From: Nitrospirota bacterium
GTDB taxonomy: Bacteria; Nitrospirota; Nitrospiria; JACQCE01
Reading direction: 5' to 3'
NCBI GenBank assembly: GCA_040755775.1
Contig: JBFMAJ010000001.1
Coordinates: 1 to 40,407 of the forward strand
Length of the DNA: 40,407 bases
How positions within the stretch are numbered: the first letter of the stretch is position 1; every line of letters begins with the position of its first letter. Below, in pieces: positions 17,897 through 24,940 of this stretch. The translations under genes were made by a program, and so were the position numbers. Below the pieces are notes generated by a model. The model saw nothing but the letters and a program-made list of their open reading frames with translations, was not told where the DNA came from and ran no database searches.

Positions 17897-18724
17897 ATGG
17901 ATTATTTGGAGTACTACCAGCTCAAGGAGCAACCCTTCTCGATCGCCGTCGACAACCGCTTCTACTACAACAGCAGCCAGCACAGCGAGGCGCTGATCCG
18001 GCTGCGCTACGCGGCGGACACGCAGAAGGGGCTGGCGCTGCTGGTGGGCGACGTCGGGGCTGGCAAGACGACGCTGGCCCGCCGGCTGCTCGACGAGCTG
18101 GATGAGCGGTTCTTTCACGCGGCGCTGCTGGTCGTGATCCATGCGGGGGTCACGCCCGAATGGCTCGTGAGAAAGATCACGATGCAATTGGGGGTGGAAA
18201 AACCGTCCGATGACAAAACCGAGCTGCTGTCCCAGTTGTACCGGCGGCTGGTGGAGCTCCATGATCAGAACAAAAAAGCGGTCGTGCTGATCGACGAGGC
18301 GCAAATGCTCGGCACCAAGGGGCTCATGGAGGAGATTCGCGGCATTCTGAACATCGAGCTGGATGGCCAGAAGCTGCTGACGTTCGTGCTGTTCGGCCTG
18401 CAGGAGCTGGACAACAACCTGTCCTTGGACTTGCCGCTCAAGCAACGGGTGGCGATCCGCTATCAATTGACCTCGTTCACGCTGGCGACGACGGAGGATT
18501 ACGTCCGGTACCGGTTGCAAATCGCCGGGGCCACGCGGGACCTCTTCAGCAAATCGGCCCTCAAGGCCGTGCACGACTACTCGGGAGGGATCCCGCGGCT
18601 GATCAACACCATCTGCGACAACGCGCTGCTCGAGGGGTTTTTGCGCAAGAAGGAGCAGTTGGAGCCGGAGTTGATCCGCGAGGTGGCCGCCGATTTGAAG
18701 CTGCTCGAGCCCGCCGGCGCTTGA
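17897..18724 (+). CDS. ExeA/GspA/MshM-like AAA ATPase (short form, no C-terminal peptidoglycan-binding domain)
   Basis: MDYLEYYQLKEQPFSIAVDNRFYYNSSQHSEAL is the typical ExeA-family N-terminus. Walker A is GDVGAGKTTL and Walker B is VVLIDEAQ. It also has the GGIPRLINTICD motif. 275 aa. Confidence 0.85.
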   Translation: MDYLEYYQLKEQPFSIAVDNRFYYNSSQHSEALIRLRYAADTQKGLALLVGDVGAGKTTLARRLLDELDERFFHAALLVVIHAGVTPEWLVRKITMQLGVEKPSDDKTELLSQLYRRLVELHDQNKKAVVLIDEAQMLGTKGLMEEIRGILNIELDGQKLLTFVLFGLQELDNNLSLDLPLKQRVAIRYQLTSFTLATTEDYVRYRLQIAGATRDLFSKSALKAVHDYSGGIPRLINTICDNALLEGFLRKKEQLEPELIREVAADLKLLEPAGA

Positions 18725-18750
18725 CATCGACGAGAACAAGCTGCTATAGA
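18721..18750 (+). promoter_or_regulatory. Candidate tRNA promoter (TTGACA-N18-TATAGA)
   Basis: TTGACA at 18721-18726 overlaps the ATPase stop codon. TATAGA at 18745-18750 ends 10 nt upstream of the mature tRNA 5' end. Confidence 0.4.
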
Positions 18751-18760
18751 GCATCCGGAC

Positions 18761-18835
18761 GCGGGCGTAGCTCAGCGGTAGAGTCCCAGCTTCCCAAGCT
18801 GGTTGTCGTGGGTTCGAATCCCATCGCCCGCTCCA
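18761..18835 (+). tRNA. tRNA-Gly (anticodon CCC), CCA encoded
   Basis: Hand-folded cloverleaf. Acceptor stem is GCGGGCG/CGCCCGC and the D arm is GCTC-AGCGGTA-GAGT. The anticodon arm is CCAGC-TTCCCAA-GCTGG, which gives anticodon CCC. The T arm is GTGGG-TTCGAAT-CCCAT. The discriminator is U, followed by CCA. Confidence 0.95.
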
Positions 18836-18886
18836 AGTTTTCCGCCGGGGAATATTGGCTCTATTTTCCATCCTCGATTATCAGCG

Positions 18887-18915
18887 TTGCACGTCTGTCC
18901 CGCCTCTGCTAGGAT
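18887..18915 (+). promoter_or_regulatory. Candidate promoter of the liv-type operon (TTGCAC-N17-TAGGAT)
   Basis: TTGCAC at 18887-18892 and TAGGAT at 18910-18915, about 60 nt upstream of the ATG at 18977. Confidence 0.4.
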
Positions 18916-18976
18916 AGACCCCCGCAAGGATGTTTCTTTTAGTGCATTCAATCGCCACCGTCGAGGGAGTACGAAG

Positions 18977-20101
18977 ATGATGCTGCGAGTTGCAGGAGCG
19001 CTCATGCTGGCCGTGATGGCGTCCGGCTGCCCATCGAAACAGCCCGACGTGATCCGCATCGCGGTCGCCGGCCCGATGACCGGCGATCAGAGCAAGCAGG
19101 GCAACGATTTGAAAAACGGCGTCGAGCTGGCGGTCGCGGAATGGAACGACGCGGGCGGGCTGCTGGGCAAGCGGATCGAGCTGATGGTCGGGGACGACCA
19201 GCACGATCCGAAGCAGGCGGTGGCGGTCGCCAACAAGTTCGTCAACTCGGGCGTGGTGGGGGTGGTGGGCCACTGGAATTCGAGCGCGTCGATTCCGGCC
19301 TCCGAAGTGTACCATCGGGCGGAAATCCCGATGATCACGCCGGCTTCGACCAACCCGCAGGTGACCGACCGCGGCTACGTGAACGTCTTTCGCGTCTGCG
19401 GCCGCGACGACCAGCAGGGCCGGGTGGCGGCCCGATTCGTCGTCGAAAAGCTGCAGGCGAAGCGGGTGGCCGTGCTCCACGATAAGACCACCTATGGACA
19501 GGGGCTGGCCGGCGAGTTCACGCGGGCGCTCGATGAGCTGGGCGGCGGCCGGGTCGAGGTGGTCTACGCCACCGGCATCATTCAAGGAGACAAGGATTTC
19601 CGCGGCGTGCTCACGACGATGAAGTCGAAGAATCCGGACCTCTTCTTTTTCGGCGGCATCTATCCGGAAGGCGGCCTGCTGATCAAGCAGGCCCGGGAAG
19701 CGGGCCTGGCGCTGCCGATGGTGAGCGGCGACGGCGTCATCGACCCGGTCTTCGTGCAGATCGCGGGCGGCGCCGCCGAAGGGACCTATTTGACCTTCAG
19801 CCCCGACACCACCAAGCTGCCGGGCGCCCAGGCGGCGTTGGCGAAATACCGCCAGCGGTACGGGGAGCCCGGACCCTATTCCTTCTATGCCTATGACGCC
19901 GCCCAGGTGCTGTTGGAGGGCATCAAGCGCGCGGGCGCCGTCAACGGATTCGCGGTCAGCCAGGCCATCCACACGATGACGCACGACGGCATCACCGGGC
20001 GGCTTCAATTCGACGCGAAAGGCGATCTGCTGACGACCCAGTATGTCGTCTGGGTGACGCGGGGCGGGACATTTGAAGAATACTGGAAGCCGGGCGCGTA
20101 A
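18977..20101 (+). CDS. Branched-chain amino-acid ABC transporter substrate-binding lipoprotein (LivJ/LivK family)
   Basis: ATG at 18977 preceded by GAGGGAG. MMLRVAGALMLAVMASGC is a lipobox. IRIAVAGPMTGDQSKQGNDLKNGVELAVAEWN is typical of periplasmic Leu/Ile/Val-binding proteins. Confidence 0.85.
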   Translation: MMLRVAGALMLAVMASGCPSKQPDVIRIAVAGPMTGDQSKQGNDLKNGVELAVAEWNDAGGLLGKRIELMVGDDQHDPKQAVAVANKFVNSGVVGVVGHWNSSASIPASEVYHRAEIPMITPASTNPQVTDRGYVNVFRVCGRDDQQGRVAARFVVEKLQAKRVAVLHDKTTYGQGLAGEFTRALDELGGGRVEVVYATGIIQGDKDFRGVLTTMKSKNPDLFFFGGIYPEGGLLIKQAREAGLALPMVSGDGVIDPVFVQIAGGAAEGTYLTFSPDTTKLPGAQAALAKYRQRYGEPGPYSFYAYDAAQVLLEGIKRAGAVNGFAVSQAIHTMTHDGITGRLQFDAKGDLLTTQYVVWVTRGGTFEEYWKPGA

Positions 20102-21003
20102 TGCTGCTCCAGCAGCTCGTCAACGGCCTGACGCTGGGCGGGGTCTATGCCTTGATCGCGTTGGGCTATACGATGGTCTACGGCATTCTCGGCCTGCTCA
20201 ATTTCGCCCACGGCGAAATCTACATGATCGGCGCCTACCTCGGCATTATTTTTTTGGGGCTCCTCATCCAGTGGGGCGTGGCGACGCACAGCCTGATCCT
20301 CGCCTTGGCCGGGGCGTTCCTGCTGGCGGCGCTCTACTGCGGCGCCTACGGCTTCACGCTTGAGCGCATCGCCTACCGTCCCCTGCGCCACAGCCATCGC
20401 CTGGCGCCGCTGATCTCCGCCATCGGCATGTCGATTTTTCTGCAGAACTACGTCATGCTGGCCCAGGGTTCCGCCGACAAGGTCTTTCCGCACGTGTTAC
20501 CGTCGGGCGGCGTCATGCTCGGGCAGACGCCGGTCAGCTATCTGCAGCTCTTCATCCTGGTCACGTCCGTCGCGCTGATGGCCGGGTTGCACTTCTTCGT
20601 CAAGCGGACCAAACTGGGCAAGGCGATGCGGGCCACGGCGCAGGATCACCGGATGGCCGGCCTGCTCGGCATCAACACCAATCAGGTCATCAGCGCGACC
20701 TTCATCATCGGGTCGGTCCTGGCGGCGGCGGCCGGCGTCATGATCGCCATGTATTACGGCCTGGTGAATTTTTTCATCGGCTACATGGCGGGCATCAAGG
20801 CCTTCACGGCCGCGGTGCTGGGCGGCATCGGTCACATTGGCGGCGCCATGCTGGGCGGCTTTCTGCTGGGGCTGATGGAGAGTCTGGGAGCGGGCTATCT
20901 CTCCAGCGAGTACAAAGATGTCTTCGCGTTCCTCATTCTGATCGTCGTGCTGATCGTCCGCCCGACGGGCTTGCTCGGCGAGCGGCAGCGCGAGCGGGTC
21001 TGA
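20101..21003 (+). CDS. livH: Branched-chain amino-acid ABC permease LivH
   Basis: MLLQQLVNGLTLGGVYALIALGYTMVYG is the canonical LivH N-terminus. 300 aa, with a TAATG overlap with the binding-protein gene. Confidence 0.9.
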   Translation: MLLQQLVNGLTLGGVYALIALGYTMVYGILGLLNFAHGEIYMIGAYLGIIFLGLLIQWGVATHSLILALAGAFLLAALYCGAYGFTLERIAYRPLRHSHRLAPLISAIGMSIFLQNYVMLAQGSADKVFPHVLPSGGVMLGQTPVSYLQLFILVTSVALMAGLHFFVKRTKLGKAMRATAQDHRMAGLLGINTNQVISATFIIGSVLAAAAGVMIAMYYGLVNFFIGYMAGIKAFTAAVLGGIGHIGGAMLGGFLLGLMESLGAGYLSSEYKDVFAFLILIVVLIVRPTGLLGERQRERV

Positions 21004-21031
21004 CGGGCGCAACCGTGAGCGGCGTGCGCGC

Positions 21032-22177
21032 ATGATGGACCGCCTGAGCCGGCCGTGGCTGGCGCCGATCTGGCTGGGCCTTCTCGCGTGGCCGCTGGTG
21101 GGATGGCCCCGGGCCGGCTACGTGGCCGCGTGGCTGGCCGGCGCGCTCGGCGCCTGGTGGCTGCTGAGCCGGGCGGTGCGGTCGGGAGGCGCGCAGTCCA
21201 CCCTCGGCCGGGTGTCTCAGGCACTGCACCGGGTCAGGCTCCGCCTGGCCGGCCGGCAGACGCCTCGCCGCCTTATCTATGGCGGCGGTTTGGCGCTGCT
21301 GCTGATCGGGCCGCTCTTCCTGAATAATTACAACCTCGATGTGCTGACCCTGGCGGGAATTTATATCGTTCTGGCGCTGGGATTGAATATTGTCGTCGGC
21401 CTAGCCGGCCTGCTGGATTTGGGCTATATCGCCTTTTATGCGATCGGCGCCTATTGTTATGCGCTGCTCTCCACGCATTGGGGCGTCCCATTCTGGGCGG
21501 GCCTGCCGCTCGGCGGCTTGGCGGCGGCCGCCTTCGGCGTGCTGCTCGGCACGGTCACGCTGCGCCTTCGGGGGGATTATCTGGCCATCGTGACGTTGGG
21601 GTTCATTCACATCGTGCACCTGGTCCTCAACAATTGGGACAGCGTCACCAACGGCCCCAACGGGATTCTGAATATCGGCCGGCCCGCGATCGGCGACTTC
21701 GTCTTCAGCCGGCCGATTCATTTCTATTATTTGATTCTGGCCATCGTTGTGGCGGCGGCCTTTGCGGTTCGCCGGTTGGATCGGTCCCGCATCGGCCGGG
21801 CCTGGATGGCCATTCGGGAAGATGAAATCGCGGCCGAGGCGATGGGCGTGGACACGACGCGGTTCAAGACGCTCGCCTTCGCGCTGGGCGCGGCATGGGC
21901 CGGCGTGGCGGGTGTCTTTTTTGCCGGAAAGTTCGCGTTCGTCTCGCCGGAAAGCTTTACCTTCTTTGAGTCGGTGATCGTCCTGGCCATGGTGGTGCTG
22001 GGCGGGCTGGGCAGCATTCCGGGAGTCATCCTCGGCGCGTCGGTGATCGTCCTGCTGCCGGAGCTGCTGCGGGAATTTCAGGATTACCGCATGCTCGTGT
22101 TTGGAGCGGCCTTGATCGGCGTGATGATTTTCCGGCCGCAGGGCCTTTTGGGCGGCGCATCGCATGGCCATTCTTGA
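21032..22177 (+). CDS. livM: Branched-chain amino-acid ABC permease LivM
   Basis: 381 aa. Core LAGIYIVLALGLNIVVGLAGLLDLGYIAFYAIGAY, with an N-terminal TM extension as in LivM. The exact start is uncertain. Confidence 0.85.
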   Translation: MMDRLSRPWLAPIWLGLLAWPLVGWPRAGYVAAWLAGALGAWWLLSRAVRSGGAQSTLGRVSQALHRVRLRLAGRQTPRRLIYGGGLALLLIGPLFLNNYNLDVLTLAGIYIVLALGLNIVVGLAGLLDLGYIAFYAIGAYCYALLSTHWGVPFWAGLPLGGLAAAAFGVLLGTVTLRLRGDYLAIVTLGFIHIVHLVLNNWDSVTNGPNGILNIGRPAIGDFVFSRPIHFYYLILAIVVAAAFAVRRLDRSRIGRAWMAIREDEIAAEAMGVDTTRFKTLAFALGAAWAGVAGVFFAGKFAFVSPESFTFFESVIVLAMVVLGGLGSIPGVILGASVIVLLPELLREFQDYRMLVFGAALIGVMIFRPQGLLGGASHGHS

Positions 22178-22934
22178 GGTCACCGGCCTGGGCAAACGCT
22201 ACGGCGGCGTGGTCGCGCTGAGCGCGATCGATTTTACCGTCGAGGCGGGCGCCGTGGTCGGGCTCATCGGCCCTAACGGCGCCGGCAAGACGACGCTCTT
22301 CAACTGCATCACCGGCCTGAACCCGCCGACGACCGGCGAGATTACATTCCAGGGCGCCACCGTGCTGGGACTGCGGCCCCATCGCCTGATCGAGCGCGGC
22401 ATGGCGCGCACCTTCCAGGGCATCCGCCTATTTTCCGATATGACCGTGCTGGAGAACGTGATGGTCGGAGCCCACTGCCGGACGCGCAGCGGCGTGTGGG
22501 GCGCCTTGTGGCGCGGCGACAAGGTCCGCCGAGAGGAAGCCGAGACCCGGGAACGAGCCGCCGCCTGGCTGGAGTTCGTCGGGCTGGCCCACCGCGCCAC
22601 GCATCGGGCCCGGACGCTCTCCTATGGAGACCAACGGCGGCTGGAAATCGCCCGGGCGCTGGCCAGCGATCCCAGGCTGCTGTTGTTGGATGAGCCGGCG
22701 GCCGGCATGAATCCGGTGGAGACGGATCAACTCACGCGGCTGGTGCGGGACATTCAACGGAAGGGGATCACCGTCGTGCTGATCGAGCACGACATGCGGG
22801 TGGTGATGGGCATTTCGGACAAGGTGGTCGTGCTGGATCACGGGGTCAAAATCATCGAAGGCGCCCCGCGTGAGGTGCAGCGGGACCCGCGGGTCATCGA
22901 GGCCTATTTGGGGATGGGCGGTCCGGGTGCTTAA
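22164..22934 (+). CDS. livG: ABC ATP-binding protein LivG
   Basis: MAILEVTGLGKRYGG...GLIGPNGAGKTTLFN (Walker A)...LSYGDQRRLEIARAL (signature)...LLLLDEPAAG (Walker B). Confidence 0.9.
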   Translation: MAILEVTGLGKRYGGVVALSAIDFTVEAGAVVGLIGPNGAGKTTLFNCITGLNPPTTGEITFQGATVLGLRPHRLIERGMARTFQGIRLFSDMTVLENVMVGAHCRTRSGVWGALWRGDKVRREEAETRERAAAWLEFVGLAHRATHRARTLSYGDQRRLEIARALASDPRLLLLDEPAAGMNPVETDQLTRLVRDIQRKGITVVLIEHDMRVVMGISDKVVVLDHGVKIIEGAPREVQRDPRVIEAYLGMGGPGA

Positions 22935-23634
22935 GCTCGAGGCGGTGCATACTCGGTATGGGTTGGCCGAGGCCCTGAAAGGGGTATCCCTGGAGGTGCG
23001 GCCCGGGGAAATCGTCGCCTTGATCGGCGCGAACGGCGCCGGCAAGAGCACCACGCTCATGACGATTTCCGGCATGGTGCCGATCAGTGGAGGCGGCATC
23101 GAGTTCAACGGCGCGCCGATCGCGGGCCGCCCCCCGCACGAGATCACCCGGCTGGGGATTTGCCAGGTGCCGGAGGGGCGGCGGATATTTCCGAACATGA
23201 CGGTCTTGGAAAATCTCGAGATGGGCGCGTTCGGCGTGGCGGATGGGCGCGCGGCGGCCGAGGGGTTGGCCCAGGTGTTCGACTACTTTCCGATTCTGTC
23301 GGAGCGGCGGACGCAGCTCGGAGGGACCCTGAGCGGCGGCGAGCAGCAGATGCTGGCGATCGGCCGGGCGTTGATGGCGCGCCCGACGCTGCTCCTGCTG
23401 GACGAGCCGTCGCTGGGCCTGGCGCCGCTGGCCGTGAAGAAGATTTTCGGCATTATCCAGCGAATCAACCGGGAAGGGCGGACGATTTTGCTGGTGGAGC
23501 AAAACGCGCGAGCGGCGCTGTGCCTGGCCCACCGTGGCTACGTGATGGAGAGCGGGCGAATCGTCATGACGGATCAGGCGCGCGTCCTGCTCGATGACCC
23601 GCGCGTGTGCGAAGCGTACCTCGGAGAGTCCTAA
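22927..23634 (+). CDS. livF: ABC ATP-binding protein LivF
   Basis: GTG at 22927 gives VLKLEAVHTRYGLAEALKGVSLEV...LIGANGAGKSTT...LSGGEQQMLAIGRAL...LLLLDEPSLG. It overlaps the livG stop by 8 nt. Confidence 0.85.
   Translation: MLKLEAVHTRYGLAEALKGVSLEVRPGEIVALIGANGAGKSTTLMTISGMVPISGGGIEFNGAPIAGRPPHEITRLGICQVPEGRRIFPNMTVLENLEMGAFGVADGRAAAEGLAQVFDYFPILSERRTQLGGTLSGGEQQMLAIGRALMARPTLLLLDEPSLGLAPLAVKKIFGIIQRINREGRTILLVEQNARAALCLAHRGYVMESGRIVMTDQARVLLDDPRVCEAYLGES
23593..23634 (+). repeat. 42-bp segment encoding the LivF C-terminus (DDPRVCEAYLGES-stop), copy 1
   Basis: GATGACCCGCGCGTGTGCGAAGCGTACCTCGGAGAGTCCTAA. See copy 2 at 23743-23784. Confidence 0.9.
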
Positions 23635-23693
23635 GAGCCGTTACGGCAAGCCGAGCATCGAATTGACAGGCGAGACATGATCGCAACATGTAC

Positions 23694-23741
23694 GGCGATG
23701 GGGGGGTGTCAGGGGGAGCTGAGCCATCTCCCCCTGACTCC
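23694..23741. repeat. G-rich hairpin element, copy B (perfect 11-bp stem 23708-23718 / 23728-23738, 9-nt loop)
   Basis: GCGATGGGGGGGTGTCAGGGGGAGCTGAGCCATCTCCCCCTGACTCC has the same architecture and flanks (GCGATGGGGGG.TGTC.GGGGGAG...ATCTCCCCC.GA) as 7832-7875. Confidence 0.6.
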
Positions 23742-23742
23742 G

Positions 23743-23784
23743 GATGACCCGCGCGTGTGCGAGGCCTACCTCGGCGAATCATGA
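23743..23784 (+). repeat. 42-bp duplicate of the LivF C-terminal coding segment, copy 2; its stop overlaps the phosphatase ATG
   Basis: GATGACCCGCGCGTGTGCGAGGCCTACCTCGGCGAATCATGA encodes the identical peptide DDPRVCEAYLGES-stop. In the sense codons, every difference from copy 1 is at a third codon position. The stop codon also differs (TAA versus TGA). Confidence 0.9.
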
Positions 23785-24386
23785 CTGTGACAAGACTCTA
23801 CCTTGCTCGGCATGGCGAGACGGCCGGCGCGCGGCCCCGCAGCTACACCGGGCAACAGGATGCGCCGCTGAGCCCGTTGGGGCTGGAGCAGACGCGGCGG
23901 CTGGCGGAGTGGGCGGCGGCCGTCGAATGGGCCGCCGTCTACGCCAGCGATCTTCAGCGGGCCGCGCAGGCCGCCCGGCTGATCGCCGTGGCGCGTGGGG
24001 TGCCGCTCACGTTGACGCCGGCGCTGCGCGAAAAACACTTCGGCCGGTGGGAGGGCTTGACGTACGAGGAAGCTGAGGCGCAATTTCCCGACCAGTGGCG
24101 CGAGTGGCTGGCCGACCCGCCGGACTCGCGGCCGCCGGGCGGGGAGACATACCGCGAAGTGGAAGCGCGCGTCATGGGCCTGGTGGAGCGGCTGCTCCGC
24201 GAGCACGCGGGCCAATCAGTGCTGCTCGTGGCCCATGGCGGGGTGAACCGGGTCATACTCTGCCACGCCATGGGATTATCGCTGCAGCATGTCTTCCGCA
24301 TCGAGCAAGATCATGCCGCCTTGAACCGGATCGATTATTTTCCCGACGGCCACCGGGTGGTCGTGCTTCTCAACGGGGCGGTATAG
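23781..24386 (+). CDS. Histidine phosphatase family protein (phosphoglycerate mutase / CobC-like)
   Basis: Internal ATG at 23781 gives MTVTRLYLARHGETAG... (the RHGE catalytic motif), with VLLVAHGGVNR later. 201 aa. Confidence 0.8.
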   Translation: MTVTRLYLARHGETAGARPRSYTGQQDAPLSPLGLEQTRRLAEWAAAVEWAAVYASDLQRAAQAARLIAVARGVPLTLTPALREKHFGRWEGLTYEEAEAQFPDQWREWLADPPDSRPPGGETYREVEARVMGLVERLLREHAGQSVLLVAHGGVNRVILCHAMGLSLQHVFRIEQDHAALNRIDYFPDGHRVVVLLNGAV

Positions 24387-24410
24387 GGGCGGGTTTGGAA
24401 CCCCCCTACG
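24384..24410. repeat. GC-rich palindromic element / probable terminator hairpin (TAGGGGCGGGTTT..AACCCCCCTA)
   Basis: An imperfect inverted repeat that starts with the phosphatase TAG stop codon. It belongs to the same sequence family as 26509-26539. It sits between convergent genes. Confidence 0.5.
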
Positions 24411-24417
24411 AAAGATG

Positions 24418-24840
24418 TTACGCCCGGTACACCGGGTAGGGGAACTGCTCGGCCTCGCGCGGGCGGGGCGGTGGAGGACGCCTGCCGGCGACTCCTTCGT
24501 CGGCCGCCGCAAAGCTGTACCCGCATTGAAAATCAACGTCGGCAAGATCCCGGGGATCGATCGGGAAGGCGGCGCACTGAAACGGCCGGCCCTTTTCGTA
24601 GATCAGGCAGAGCGGATTATCTTCGGTCCCCCCTAAAAAGGGACAGCGGAAGACCAGGCGGCAACAGCGGCCGCAGCGGACGCACTCCCCCTCCCGCAAT
24701 TCCTGCTGGCGTCGAATGTAGGCGGGATCGAGCGCACAGAGTGCCCAGCGCCGCAGTTTGTTGGCCAGCTTGCTGACGACCCAGGTCCGGCTGGGCGTCA
24801 GCCGCCACAGGCGAAACCGCGCGATTGACGGAATGGCCAT
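24418..24840 (-). CDS. YkgJ-family (CxxCxxCC) cysteine-cluster protein
   Basis: ORF 24418..24879 contains ECVRCGRCCRLVFRCPFL (the C-x2-C-x2-CC motif) and further Cys residues. Start is ATG 24840 or ATG 24879. Confidence 0.55.
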   Translation of the reverse strand: MAIPSIARFRLWRLTPSRTWVVSKLANKLRRWALCALDPAYIRRQQELREGECVRCGRCCRLVFRCPFLGGTEDNPLCLIYEKGRPFQCAAFPIDPRDLADVDFQCGYSFAAADEGVAGRRPPPPRPREAEQFPYPVYRA

Positions 24841-24904
24841 AAGAGCCGGTGTTGTAACATAAATCGGCGGCTGAGGCAACGTAGTGGCTCCCGGGCGATT
24901 CTGC

Positions 24905-24932
24905 TTGAAAAAGATGGCAAACGCGTTACAAT
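24905..24932 (+). promoter_or_regulatory. Strong candidate promoter (TTGAAA-N16-TACAAT) ending 8 nt before the ATG at 24941
   Basis: TTGAAA at 24905-24910 and TACAAT at 24927-24932. There is no Shine-Dalgarno sequence between the -10 box and the ATG. This implies a leaderless or near-leaderless mRNA. Confidence 0.5.
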
Positions 24933-24940
24933 GAAGGCTT

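Noticed and set aside
17216-18871. A 551-aa ORF on the minus strand.
   Set aside because: It is antisense to the 3' end of the TPR gene and to the ExeA-like gene, and it runs straight through the tRNA-Gly gene. Its composition is low-complexity and Arg/Leu/Gln-rich. It is a shadow ORF.
7832-23741. Whether the repeated G-rich hairpins could be CRISPR repeats.
   Set aside because: There are only two copies, about 16 kb apart. Both sit in intergenic gaps of unrelated operons, with no regular spacing and no cas genes.
23744-24076. A 110-aa plus-strand ORF overlapping the start of the phosphatase gene.
   Set aside because: It is a different frame from the RHGE-motif phosphatase and is Ala/Arg/Gly-rich without motifs. 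It is spurious.
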